Positions 11,698-23,804 are shown, counted from the whole stretch's first letter. The stretch is 63,918 nt of DNA, filler included, from Lama guanicoe (GCA_013239625.1; 76 parts of 73 records of this genome joined end to end with filler, not necessarily neighbours in it); one strand, 5' to 3'. Made by a program: numbers and translations. Notes: generated from the sequence alone by a model not told the origin.

Positions 11698-12357
11698 CCC
11701 CCGCCTGGGTGCTAAGCGCTGGAGAATATGGCGGCTGTGCCTGGGCTGCGCCTCTCTTACCCTGAAAAGTTTCCGCGGGTTTTCAGAGATGGGGGTATGC
11801 ACCCTTCCCCCGAGAGCACTTCAACCTTGCTGTTTTATGGAGGGCCCAGGTTGTTCTGTCCTGTACACCCACAGCCACGGCGCCCAGCCCCTTGCAGTCC
11901 CCTGGTGCTGCCTCCGTGCAGCCGCCCCCGTCNNNNNNNNNNNNNNNNNNNNNNNNNNNNNNNNNNNNNNNNNNNNNNNNNNNNNNNNNNNNNNNNNNNN
12001 NNNNNNNNNNNNNNNNNNNNNNNNNNNNNNNNNNNNNNNNNNNNNNNNNNNNNNNNNNNNNNNNNNNNNNNNNNNNNNNNNNNNNNNNNNNNNNNNNNNN
12101 NNNNNNNNNNNNNNNNNNNNNNNNNNNNNNNNNNNNNNNNNNNCGTCCCGCGCTGCTTTGCCTTTTGTTCTTTCTTTTTTCCTTTTCTCCCACCAGATTT
12201 TTGGCGTCTTTATCTTTTGAAGAGGGCGATGTTCTGTCGGAGTTCCACAGGTGCTCTGGTTGGCTGAGTGAGTCTGTAGATGTGGATCTTGGTGTATTTG
12301 TGGGAGAGGGTGACTTACAGGCGTCCTTCTACTCCGCCATCTTGCCTCTCCTGCCCC
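11698..12357 (-). mobile_element. LINE-1 5' UTR and 5' terminus (antisense)
   Basis: Reverse complement GAGAGGCAAGATGGCGGAGT (L1 YY1 start motif) at ~12331-12350, CpG-rich UTR, then an abrupt switch to AT-rich flank. Confidence 0.8.
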
Positions 12358-12864
12358 CAAACGTTTGTTAAATAAAATTATCCTGTGTTAGGGATGGGGG
12401 TAAGGGAACTGTAACTAAAGCAGAACTTTAATATCTATTTGCCTATCAATTTAGTAAGCACTTATTAAGTATCCATTAGTTACCAGATAAAGGAAAGATC
12501 TTTTCGCCACCATGATGACTTATGTCTAATCATACATAGTACATTCTTAGGGAGGGTGTTAGTTCTAGCTCCTAACTCNNNNNNNNNNNNNNNNNNNNNN
12601 NNNNNNNNNNNNNNNNNNNNNNTTAATTAATTAANNNNNNNNNNNNNNNNNNNNNNNNNNNNNNNNNNNNNNNNNNNNAAAATAATGCAAATTTACATAA
12701 TGACATTTTGGCATTCTTTAATTAAAAGAAAAGAAAACATTAAAAGTGCAAGTTCCTTGACGCAGTGCACCCACTTCTAATGATGTAAACAAAAGAGGTG
12801 AAAAAAATAATAGAACATGTGTTCAAAGATATTTGTACAAAGATATTGGGAGAGCCAGGATTTG

Positions 12865-13020
12865 ATAGACAATGGGTTCGAATTCGATTTCCTGGCTGCA
12901 TGAGATCTTAAGTCGGTGACTTTACCTCTCACAGCCTCTGCTCTTTTGAAAAACGAGGATGTTAATGATGAAATCTACATGACTAGGTTGTTAGGAATAT
13001 TAAGTGAATCCATGTAAAGA
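12865..13020 (+). mobile_element. MIR-like SINE remnant
   Basis: gggttcgaattc...tttacctctcacagcctctg...ggttgttaggaatattaagtg resembles the MIR core. Confidence 0.55.
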
Positions 13021-15280
13021 GAGAGCTATTGGAGGGTTAGGTTTATCCCAGTTAACTTCAGATTGAAACACAACCTGAGAGATCCATGAAGTTGTTGGTG
13101 GGGTGGAGGTGGGGAGTTAATGGTAGAAAGGGGGAACGGGGCAACGTATCCATCACTGCCCCTTTTGTCCCTATTTCATCTTCTAAATATGTCTTGTTCT
13201 TATTCTTGATAGAAAATGCATTGGCGTGATTCAAAAATCAAAAGAACATGAAGACTGTGCACTGAGAAACCTCTCTTCACCCCTCTTCCCATCCATTCCT
13301 TGCACACCGCATGTAACCCTTGTTACTGGTTTCTCACTTGGCAAATATGAATATATAGTCTTACTCCCCCATTTCTTCTTTTTTTTCAATTTTCAGTCTT
13401 TTTAATGTTAATCATTCTTCCATCTGCACTGGTTTCCCATTTTGGCTTCCAGAAGTTAATTGGTCATTTGAGTATCTTCTGCTATGAGGTGCCTCTTCAA
13501 ATCTGCTCATTAAAAAAACATAATTTTGTGTCATTTTNNNNNNNNNNNNNNNNNNNNNNNNNNNNNNNNNNNNNNNNNNNNNNNNNNNNNNNNNNNNNNN
13601 NNNNNNNNNNNNNNNNNNNNNNNNNNNNNNNNNNNNNNNNNNNNNNNNNNNNNNNNNNNNNNNNNNNNNNNNNNNNNNNNNNNNNNNNNNNNNNNNNNNN
13701 NNNNNNNNNNNNNNNNNNNNNNNNNNNNNNNNNNNNNNNNNNNNNNNNNNNNNNNNNNNNNNNNNNNNNNNNNNNNNNNNNNNNNNNNNNNNNNNNNNNN
13801 NNNNNNNNNNNNNNNNNNNNNNNNNNNNNNNNNNNNNNNNNNNNNNNNNNNNNNNNNNNNNNNNNNNNNNNNNNNNNNNNNNNNNNNNNNNNNNNNNNNN
13901 NNNNNNNNNNNNNNNNNNNNNNNNNNNNNNNNNNNNNNNNNNNNNNNNNNNNNNNNNNNNNNNNNNNNNNNNNNNNNNNNNNNNNNNNNNNNNNNNNNNN
14001 NNNNNNNNNNNNNNNNNNNNNNNNNNNNNNNNNNNNNNNNNNNNNNNNNNNNNNNNTGTCACAGACAAGGCACTGTAGCCAATGTACCAAAGTGCCTATT
14101 GGTTTCCCATCCTTTCTCTCCCCGACAGTCTAGGAAACAGCGCCCTGCAGCTCTGTCCTTTATTGATCTTTTTTGCTTTGCCCTANNNNNNNNNNNNNNN
14201 NNNNNNNNNNNNNNNNNNNNNNNNNNNNNTTAATTAATTAANNNNNNNNNNNNNNNNNNNNNNNNNNNNNNNNNNNNNNNNNNNNTTACCCTGAGATTCC
14301 TCATCTGTCCATGAAAATAACTGTCCATGGCACAAAGAGCTACAAGTGTTAAAGGAAATCACCAAATTCACAACCTAGCCAAGGGGCTACCAGTGCATCC
14401 CCAACAGACAAATACTGCCTTTCCGGCTCTGACACATGCCAAGCGTGGCGGCCGCACAAAGTGTACACTGCTAAGTGCCAGTGTGTTAAGTGCTTCATGT
14501 ATACTATAATACTCTTTAGAACATACAAAAATCCCTGGAAGAAATGAATATTATCATGCCCATTTCACAGATTCTCCAACAGGTTGAGANNNNNNNNNNN
14601 NNNNNNNNNNNNNNNNNNNNNNNNNNNNNNNNNNNNNNNNNNNNNNNNNNNNNNNNNNNNNNNNNNNNNNNNNNNNNNNNNNNNNNNNNNNNNNNNNNNN
14701 NNNNNNNNNNNNNNNNNNNNNNNNNNNNNNNNNNNNNNNNNNNNNNNNNNNNNNNNNNNNNNNNNNNNNNNNNNNNNNNNNNNNNNNNNNNNNNNNNNNN
14801 NNNNNNNNNNNNNNNNNNNNNNNNNNNNNNNNNNNNNNNNNNNNNNNNNNNNNNNNNNNNNNNNNNNNNNNNNNNNNNNNNNNNNNNNNNNNNNNNNNNN
14901 NNNNNNNNNNNNNNNNNNNNNNNNNNNNNNNNNNNNNNNNNNNNNNNNNNNNNNNNNNNNNNNNNNNNNNNNNNNNNNNNNNNNNNNNNNNNNNNNNNNN
15001 NNNNNNNNNNNNNNNNNNNNNNNNNNNNNNNNNNNNNNNNNNNNNNNNNNNNNNNNNNNNNNNNNNNNNNNNNNNNNNNNNNNNNNNNNNNNNNNNNNNN
15101 NNNNNNNNNNNNNNNNNNNNNNNNNNNNNNNNNNNNNNNNNNNNNNNNNNNNNNNNNNNNNNNNNNNNNNNNNNNNNNNNNNNNNNNNNNNNNNNNNNNN
15201 NNNNNNNNNNNNNNNNNNNNNNNNNNNNNNNNNNNNNNNNNNNNNNNNNNNNNNNNNNNNNNNNNNNNNNNNNNNNNNNN

Positions 15281-16029
15281 TTGAAAAGCACTAAATTCTT
15301 GAACTAGAGGTAACTGGCTTTCTTTAGATAACAAGCAATGTTTTATTGTTCCAACCACCTGGTCTTTGTTGTAAAGCTCCTATATATCCTAGCTGTTCTC
15401 AACCTCTTCTGAGCTGTCCGTCAGAGCGATCTGAGTGGTTGTCATCCCGGCTAGAGTCCTCCCGCCAAATTAAACTTAACTCTAAACTTTAAGGCTGAAC
15501 ATGTATTTCAGTCAACAGTTTTGGCCACCATGAAGGGAACCAGAGCAGATTTCTCTCCACCTGGACTCTCTGATTAACTGGAGCCTTGGTACCATCAGTG
15601 GCCCTTTATGCCCATCTGCCATACCATGAAAGGACCCAGAGTAGACTTCTCTCCACCTGGACTCTCTGATTAACTGGAGCCTTGGTACCATCAGTGGCCC
15701 TTTATGCCCATCTGCCTCCTCAGGGAGTCCAGATGAATTTGGGTGAGTCTGTCCTGGTTCTTGGATCTCCAATATTGATTGATGATCCTGAGTTTTATTT
15801 GGNNNNNNNNNNNNNNNNNNNNNNNNNNNNNNNNNNNNNNNNNNNNNNNNNNNNNNNNNNNNNNNNNNNNNNNNNNNNNNNNNNNNNNNNNNNNNNNNNN
15901 NNNNNNNNNNNNNNNNNNNNNNNNNNNNNNNNNNNNNNNNNNNNTGCCAATACTCACCCAGTGGAGACGTCCCAATTGGTTCCAAGTTGAAAGACACTGG
16001 GATCAGGACTGAGTGGCTAGGTAAGAGGC
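15281..16029 (+). mobile_element. Class I ERV 5' LTR end, Arg-type PBS and leader
   Basis: TATA-like tatata and aattaaa poly(A) signal. The LTR ends ...gtcaaca at 15517, followed by TGGCCACCATGAAGGGAA at 15522-15539, a decayed form of the Arg PBS TGGCGACCACGAAGGGAC. Confidence 0.75.
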
Positions 16030-16129
16030 NNNNNNNNNNNNNNNNNNNNNNNNNNNNNNNNNNNNNNNNNNNNTTAATTAATTAANNNNNNNNNNNNNNN
16101 NNNNNNNNNNNNNNNNNNNNNNNNNNNNN

Positions 16130-17011
16130 ATCACCTGTGACTGAAGAGAGCTGCGTGGAATTGTCTTTCGAGCTCCCCTCGCTTTGACAATGGTTCCGGA
16201 ATCCCGAGCGTGGGGAGGTTCCACCAACGGTCGTCAGCGCGTGGGTTCTAACGGAATGCCTAAGCTCGTCTCCCATGAGGGTTTTCTTAATGTCTCTGTG
16301 CCAGGGAATGCTAGGAGGGTGTGCAGGAAATCCCCGTGACAGAGGCTGCCTCCCCAAGTTCAGGGAAGTTATTTCTCAGAGTTCCCCCTAAGAGGGAACA
16401 CCTGAGACTGAAGAGAGCTGCGTGGAATTGTCTTTCGAGCTCCCCTCGCTTTGACAATGGTTCCGGAATCCTGAGCGTGCTGAGGTTCCACCAACTGTCG
16501 GCAGCGCTTGGGTTATAACGGAATGCTTCAGCTCGACTCCCCTGGGATTTTTCCTAATGTCACTGTGCCAGAGAATATTAGGGGGGTTTGCAGGAAATCC
16601 CAGTGATAGAGGTTGCCTCCCCAAGTTCAGGGAAGTTATTTCTCAGAGTTCCCCCTAAGAGGGAACACCTGAGACTGAAGAGAGCTGCGTGGAATTGTCT
16701 CTCGAGCGCCCCACGCACTGACAATGGTTCCGGAATCCTGAGCGTGTGGAGTTTCCACCAAAGAGAGCTGCGTGGAATTGTCTCTCGAGCGCCCCACGCA
16801 CTGACAATGGTTCCGGAATCCTGAGCGTGTGGAGTTTCCACCCAAGGTCGGCAGCGCGTTGGTTCTAACGGAATGCCTATGCTAGACTCCCCTGGGTTTT
16901 TTCCTAATGTCTCTGTGCCTGGGAATGCTAGGGGGGCTTGCAGGAAATCCCAGTGGCTGAGCCTGCCGCCCCAAGGTCAGGGAAGGTATTTCTCGGACTT
17001 CCCCGTTCATG
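16130..17011 (+). repeat. 267-bp GC-rich satellite
   Basis: The ctgaagagag landmark is at 16141, 16408 and 16675 (exact 267-bp period). Confidence 0.96.
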
Positions 17012-17111
17012 NNNNNNNNNNNNNNNNNNNNNNNNNNNNNNNNNNNNNNNNNNNNTTAATTAATTAANNNNNNNNNNNNNNNNNNNNNNNNNNNNNNNNN
17101 NNNNNNNNNNN

Positions 17112-17592
17112 CTCCAGGGTCAAGAGAGCGACTGCACCTCAGACAGAGGGTCCCCGGAAAGTTGAGAGTGTCCCGGGAGACCCGCTCAAGATCAAGATCA
17201 AGAGGGACAAAAAAGGATCGACGAGCCCTGCTCTAGCCACACCTGGAAGCTGGCTAGTCAACACAGGGCCGAATCTTGACAAAAGCTCAACGCAGCTGTC
17301 AAAAGTAAATTCAGCCGTGATCTCCAACAAATAGCAGAAACCCTGGGAACTCTGCAAAATCAGATTGACTCTAAGGTGGTCTTACAAAACAAAAGGGGTC
17401 TAGACTTACTCATGGCCAAAGAGGGGGGACTATGCCTCTTCCTAAATGAAGAGTGTTGTTTTTATGCCAATCAATCAAGAATTGTCAGAGAAATGATTCA
17501 AGGGTTACAAGACCGAGTGAAAAAGAGAAAACATATTTTAGAAAAGAGCCCATGGACAGGCCCCTGGGGCTGGACCTCCTGGCTGGCACCGT
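17112..17592 (+). pseudogene. env: Class I (gamma-type) ERV pol end joined to env TM
   Basis: Integrase tail SRVKRATAP...GDPLKIKI. A frame open from 17280 to 17592 carries the immunosuppressive domain LQNKRGLDLLMAKEGGLC and the CX6CC motif (CLFLNEECC). Confidence 0.9.
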
Positions 17593-18670
17593 NNNNNNNN
17601 NNNNNNNNNNNNNNNNNNNNNNNNNNNNNNNNNNNNTTAATTAATTAANNNNNNNNNNNNNNNNNNNNNNNNNNNNNNNNNNNNNNNNNNNNTACTGTCT
17701 GGATAAAAGATTGCTTACATTGTCACTTCTTAGACAACTCTTGTAGTTAATGTCACTATTGTCATTGGGCTGGTAAACCCTTCCTTTTATCTGATATCCC
17801 TGAAGACTCAGTGCATACATTGAGGAAAGTTGTAAAGACAGGCGTGTAGTTGGAATCAGGGAACTGCCTTTCCCATGTCCAATGTTGCAAGGTACCTTTT
17901 CTTCACCACTGTAAATGGGGAATAGGGAGAATGTCGTGAATATCAGAGTGTCTAAAATATAGAAATTCTGTCTGCATTGTGACTCCCTCCTAGTTACTTG
18001 TGACCATGAGTACTGGTGCAGTTGGTGGCTGAAGCTGGTGAACCACTGGGACTCTATTTCTACTGGGTACTCTGAACCTGTGGGCTCTGATACCCTATTC
18101 AGTGGGCCTTGGTGACAGTCACCAACCAGGCTCTTCCCTCAGTTCCGCCACCGTTATGTGATTTAGCCCACCAAACTTCAGCTGTACACATGTGTTCTGG
18201 AGTATTGTTTTGTGTTGTAGTTATTTTTGTAGAGATGTGATTGTTTCACTGACTGTAGATTTAAGTGGAGAGACAGAAATAAAGAGACAGAAATAATGTA
18301 AACTTATGTCACTTTTTTTAAAGTCTATACTTTTTCATTTAAAATCTTAAATTCTAATAAGGACATTACAAGAACAGTAAAGAAAGTGTACAAATCACCT
18401 CCCTTAATATCAGAGTTCTACAAAATATTTTGATTTTCCTGGGTTGTTTTCTTCAATGTTTTTCCCACATACATGCACATTTTACTATAATAAATGCCTA
18501 TAAATTCTTTATAATCATTTTAATTATAAAAATATTTCCCTGTGCTGTAAATATAGCCCTGCTGCTTCTCNNNNNNNNNNNNNNNNNNNNNNNNNNNNNN
18601 NNNNNNNNNNNNNNTTAATTAATTAANNNNNNNNNNNNNNNNNNNNNNNNNNNNNNNNNNNNNNNNNNNN

Positions 18671-19143
18671 ATTCTGTATTCTGTACTCTATATTCTAAAT
18701 TCTGTGTTCTGAGTTCAATATTCCTATTTCTATGTTCGGTATTCTGAATTCTATATTCTAAATTCTGTATTCTACATTCTAAATAATTTGTTCTGTATTC
18801 CATGGTCTAAATACTCGGTTCTGTATTCGATAATCTAAAATCTATACTCTGTGTTCTACATTCTATATTCTACATTGTATATTTTGTATTCTGTATTCTA
18901 TGTTCTGTGTTCTACATTCTGTATTCTACATTCTCTATTCTGTATTCTGTATGCTATATTCCCAATTCCGTGTTCTACATTCTATATTTTACATTCTATA
19001 TTTTGTATTCTGAACTCTATATTCTACAATCTTTGTTCGGAATTCCATGCTCTAAATTCTGGCTTCTGTAATCTGTATTTCTATATTCTGTGTACTATAT
19101 TCTCTATTCTACATTCTGTATTCTGTATTCTGTAATTTATATT
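18671..19143. repeat. 7-bp satellite
   Basis: Heptamer periodicity. Confidence 0.95.
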
Positions 19144-19243
19144 NNNNNNNNNNNNNNNNNNNNNNNNNNNNNNNNNNNNNNNNNNNNTTAATTAATTAAN
19201 NNNNNNNNNNNNNNNNNNNNNNNNNNNNNNNNNNNNNNNNNNN

Positions 19244-19277
<34 letters not shown>

Positions 19278-19960
19278 CCTTCTCCTCCTTCTTCTTCTCC
19301 TCCTATTCCTTCTCCTTCTCCTCCTTCTCCTTCTCCTCCTTCTCTTTCTCTTCTCCTTCTCTTCCTTCTCCTTCTCCCTGTTTCTTCCTTTTTCCCCTTC
19401 TTCTCCTTCTTCTTCTCCTTCTTCTTCTTCTCCTTCTCCTCCTTCTTCTTCTCCTCCTTCTTCTTCTCCTTCTCCTCCTTCTCCTTCTCCTCCTTCTCTT
19501 TCTTCTTCTTCTTCTTCTTCTTCTTCTTCTTCTTCTTCCTTCTTCTTCTTCTTCNNNNNNNNNNNNNNNNNNNNNNNNNNNNNNNNNNNNNNNNNNNNNN
19601 NNNNNNNNNNNNNNNNNNNNNNNNNNNNNNNNNNNNNNNNNNNNNNNNNNNNNNNNNNNNNNNNNNNNNNNNNNNNNNNNNNNNNNNNNNNNNNNNNNNN
19701 NNNNNNNNNNNNNNNNNNNNTTCTTCTTCTTCTTCTTCTTCTTCTTCTTCTTCTTCTTCTTCTTCTTCTTCTTCTTCTTCTTCTTCTTCTTCCTTCTGTC
19801 TTCTTCTTCTTCTTCTTCTTCTTCTTCTTCTTCTTCTTCCTTCTGTCTTCTTCTTCCTTCTGTCTTCTTCTTCTTCTTCTTCCTTCTGTCTTCTTCCTTC
19901 TGTCTTCTGTCTTCTTCCTTCTTCTTCTTCTTCCTTCTGTCTTCTTTCTTCATTCTTTTT
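19244..19960. repeat. Compound polypyrimidine microsatellite (TTTC)n/(TCC,TTC)n/(TTC)n
   Basis: Directly visible in the sequence. Confidence 0.98.
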
Positions 19961-20456
19961 AGACATCTTTACTTTCAGTTAATAAAGTGATGTCTTCTAG
20001 TTAATCAAGCAACTTTGACCTCTCTATTCCATTCCCAGTAACTGGGTTCAAGTTTTCCATGTGTCTCATTCTGTTTCACTCCTCATCATTTTGCTCAGGC
20101 TGCCCTTTCTTGAATCTACCTTCATATCCTGCACTGCGTCTGTATTTTAAGACACATCCTGGTCTTCTGAGCATTCCCTAAACTATGCAGTCGCAACAGT
20201 ATTGTCTCCTTAGTGCCCATATTCTGTATCCATTTACTTGAGATGTAGAGCCATTGAATGACACATTCTATGCTGATTTGTTTTTGTGTGTCTCTGCTTC
20301 TGACTCTAGAGCACAATCCGTCTTTTATTTATAAGGCCAGTTTCTCCCAGGATGNNNNNNNNNNNNNNNNNNNNNNNNNNNNNNNNNNNNNNNNNNNNTT
20401 AATTAATTAANNNNNNNNNNNNNNNNNNNNNNNNNNNNNNNNNNNNNNNNNNNNAC

Positions 20457-20522
20457 CTCTGCACTTGACCACATGGGATAGATAACAGCTGATTCTGCTG
20501 CAGCGTTTCCATTATAACAGAG
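20457..20522 (-). other. Candidate 66-nt internal exon
   Basis: Minus strand tttttatttctactgtag|CTCTGTTAT...GCAGAG|gt. Open in two frames (LCYNGNAAAESAVIYPMWSSAE or SVIMETLQQNQLLSIPCGQVQ). Gene not recognised. Confidence 0.35.
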
Positions 20523-22251
20523 CTACAGTAGAAATAAAAAAGATTCCTTAACTATATGTAAAGGTAAATGTTCTGCCAAATATGATCAAGAAGCTAGTAG
20601 AAAATGGGAAACAATATTCAAATTGTCTTTTAACTCACATGAATTTAAATTAATGCAAGGCATATTATCTTGTATCTTGGATTTATTTTATCTGTATTTT
20701 AAGCTGCTTAAATTATAAAAAGACACATGTATTTCTAAAAAAGACACATGTATTTCTATATACATGTGTTCACAAGAAATTACATATTTCTAAAAGTAAA
20801 TGACCTTAATGAATAAGCTCTGATTCATCTAAATAAGTGTATTATGAAATGCATGTTCATAACAACAACATAATAATAAGACTTTGCCATATAAATGGAA
20901 TCAAATGTGATACAAGTAAATGTGATTTTATTCCCATACTTATTTGATTCATATTATTATTTTAAAGTATGCAGAAATGAGTCAGAAGGAAAGCATTTTA
21001 AAAACCATTCACAATAATAAGAAAGATATGACATTCTTTAAATCAATTCTATAAAATTTGGACTCATAAATGATGAACAAAACAGAGGACAGTCACAGGA
21101 ACGTGCTTTTTGGTGCATCTGCCTTTAAAAAAATACACAAGCCTACCTTGANNNNNNNNNNNNNNNNNNNNNNNNNNNNNNNNNNNNNNNNNNNNTTAAT
21201 TAATTAANNNNNNNNNNNNNNNNNNNNNNNNNNNNNNNNNNNNNNNNNNNNTATGTTGATATAGTAAAGTGCTTATTGCCTGAGCAAATGCATTTTCCAA
21301 ATTCTAAGAACTAGTCACTCAAGGAAATTTTGCTTACTGTGCTAAAAATTAGGGATATTCATGGGGGGAAATGAACAAGAAAAAATTAAAAAGAGAAACT
21401 GTTAATAGATAAGTTTACTTAAAATATTTAATTATTGAAAGAAAGTAGTATTTGACTTATAATGATACAAATGATTTTTTATTCTCCCATTTCCACCAAA
21501 ACAGAAAAAAAAGATGCTATTAGAATTGTAAGGATCATTAAAACCTTACAGAACACAAAATAAAGAATATAACTAACATTCTTGCCATTATGAACTTTCT
21601 TTGGGGAAGAAATTTGTACCATCTGGAAATATATGAATAAGACAGAAAAGGCCAGGTGACAAAAACACATAAAATTGCTTAATAAATGGATAAAACTTAA
21701 AATGCTAAATGCCAAAATGTCAAAATTCCACTTGAAGTTTAGAAATGCTATTTTAAAAGACTTTCCAAATCATTTTACCACTTTTTCTATGAAATCAAAA
21801 ATTCCCTTTTAATCACCTANNNNNNNNNNNNNNNNNNNNNNNNNNNNNNNNNNNNNNNNNNNNTTAATTAATTAANNNNNNNNNNNNNNNNNNNNNNNNN
21901 NNNNNNNNNNNNNNNNNNNATGTTCACTGACTGACGTAAATGTGAATAGAGAGGTCCAGTACATGACCGCATGGAATCTCTAGAAGGGGGTTAGCCCTCT
22001 CATTCAGCGTTTGTGTCCTGTTTCTTGAACATAACTACCCTGATCTCTGAACACATGTAGTAGCAGCCAAATAGCTTACAGTATCTGAGTAAATAATGAA
22101 AGCCTAACTAATGTCAAAATATTTAAGAACTTTTTACAAAGGTAACCCCCAGGGCTAAAATTCTCCCTCAATGTAGTGTAATCACTCAGTTTAAGCCCCT
22201 GTCCATTTCTGGAGGATATCCTTGTGCAAGGTTAGGGTTTGATGAGTGTCG

Positions 22252-22252
22252 A

Positions 22253-22289
<37 letters not shown>

Positions 22290-22302
22290 GGTTTCTGTGT
22301 GT
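22252..22302. repeat. (TG)n microsatellite
   Basis: Directly visible in the sequence. Confidence 0.95.
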
Positions 22303-22802
22303 ATGGCCTCCAGTGTTTATAAGCCTGCTCCATGTATTTTTTCCTTTGTTGTTTGTGTCTATCTGAATACCGACAAATTTAATTGAAAATCCAAATTTCT
22401 TAAATAAGATTGAATTTTTTTTCAATTTATATGGATATTTTATTTTTCAGATGCTCATGGAAAAACTTTTGGTAAATTTTGTCACATTCTTTGCCTTATA
22501 ATACTTGAAATTTTTTCTAACATTCCTTGGCCTTCTCTCTATATGCCATCAATTTGTTTATCCTTCCTCTATTCCCTGTCCAAGTTTTTGGATGTCAACT
22601 TCTCCCATATTAATTTCTTCCATCTGTTTATCTCTTATTTCATCACCTTCTCTTTCTTTCTTTCTTCTTCTTCTTCTTCTTCTTCTTTTTTTTTTTTTTT
22701 TTNNNNNNNNNNNNNNNNNNNNNNNNNNNNNNNNNNNNNNNNNNNNTTAATTAATTAANNNNNNNNNNNNNNNNNNNNNNNNNNNNNNNNNNNNNNNNNN
22801 NN

Positions 22803-23704
22803 ACCGACCATCGGTGGAACCTCCCCACGCTCAGGATTCCGAAACCATTGTTAGTGCCTGGGGCAGCTCGAGAGACAACTCCACGCAGCTCTCTTCAGTC
22901 ACAGGTGTTCCCTGTTCGGGGAAGTCCGAGAAATACCATCCCTGAACTTGGGGAGGCAGCCTCTGTCCCTGGGACTTCCTGCAAAACCCCCTAGCATTCT
23001 CTGGCAGAGAGAATTTAGAAAACCCTCAGGGGAGACGAGCTTTGGCATTCCGTTAGTACCCACAAGATCCCGACCGTTGGTGGAACCTCCACACGCTCAG
23101 GATTCCGGAACCATTGTCAGTGCGTGGGGGAGCTCGAGAGACAACTCCACGCAGCTCTCTNNNNNNNNNNNNNNNNNNNNNNNNNNNNNNNNNNNNNNNN
23201 NNNNNNNNNNNNNNNNNNNNNNNNNNNNNNNNNNNNNNNNNNNNNNNNNNNNNNNNNNNNNNNNNNNNNNNNNNNNNNNNNNNNNNNNNNNNNNNNNNNN
23301 NNNNNNNNNNNNNNNNNNNNNNNNNNNNNNNNNNNNNNNNNNNNNNNNNNNNNNNNNNNNNNNNNNNNNNNNNNNNNNNNNNNNNNNNNNNNNNNNNNNN
23401 NNNNNNNNNNNNNNNNNNNNNNNNNNNNNNNNNNNNNNNNNNNNNNNNNNNNNNNNNNNNNNNNNNNNNNNNNNNNNNNNNNNNNGACCTTGGGGAGGCA
23501 GCCTCTGTCACTGGGACTTCCTGCAAACCCCCCTAGCATTCCCGGGCACAGAGACATTAGGAAAACCCTCAGGGGAGACGAGCTTAGGCATTCCGTTAGA
23601 ACCCACGCCCTGCCGACCGTTGGTGGAACCTCCCGCGCTCAAAATTCCGGAAACCTTTTCAGTGCGTGGGGGAGCTCGAGAGACAACTCCACACAGCTCT
23701 CTTC
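22803..23704 (-). repeat. 267-bp satellite, opposite orientation
   Basis: Reverse complement of the 16130-17011 monomer (cacgctcaggattccggaaccattgtcagtgcgtgggg). Confidence 0.95.
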
Positions 23705-23804
23705 NNNNNNNNNNNNNNNNNNNNNNNNNNNNNNNNNNNNNNNNNNNNTTAATTAATTAANNNNNNNNNNNNNNNNNNNNNNNNNNNNNNNNNNNNNNNN
23801 NNNN

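Noticed and set aside
13405..15358. Long ORFs of 200-280 aa
   Set aside because: They consist almost entirely of N gaps; the same applies to the other X-filled ORFs.
16321..16845. Repeated similar ORFs suggesting a tandem gene family
   Set aside because: The 267-bp period is divisible by three, so the satellite repeats the same spurious translation.
17280..17592. Syncytin candidate
   Set aside because: No signal peptide, SU or fusion peptide is present in this copy.
19196..19966. Poly-Glu/Lys/Arg ORFs
   Set aside because: They are translations of a (GAA)n microsatellite across a gap.
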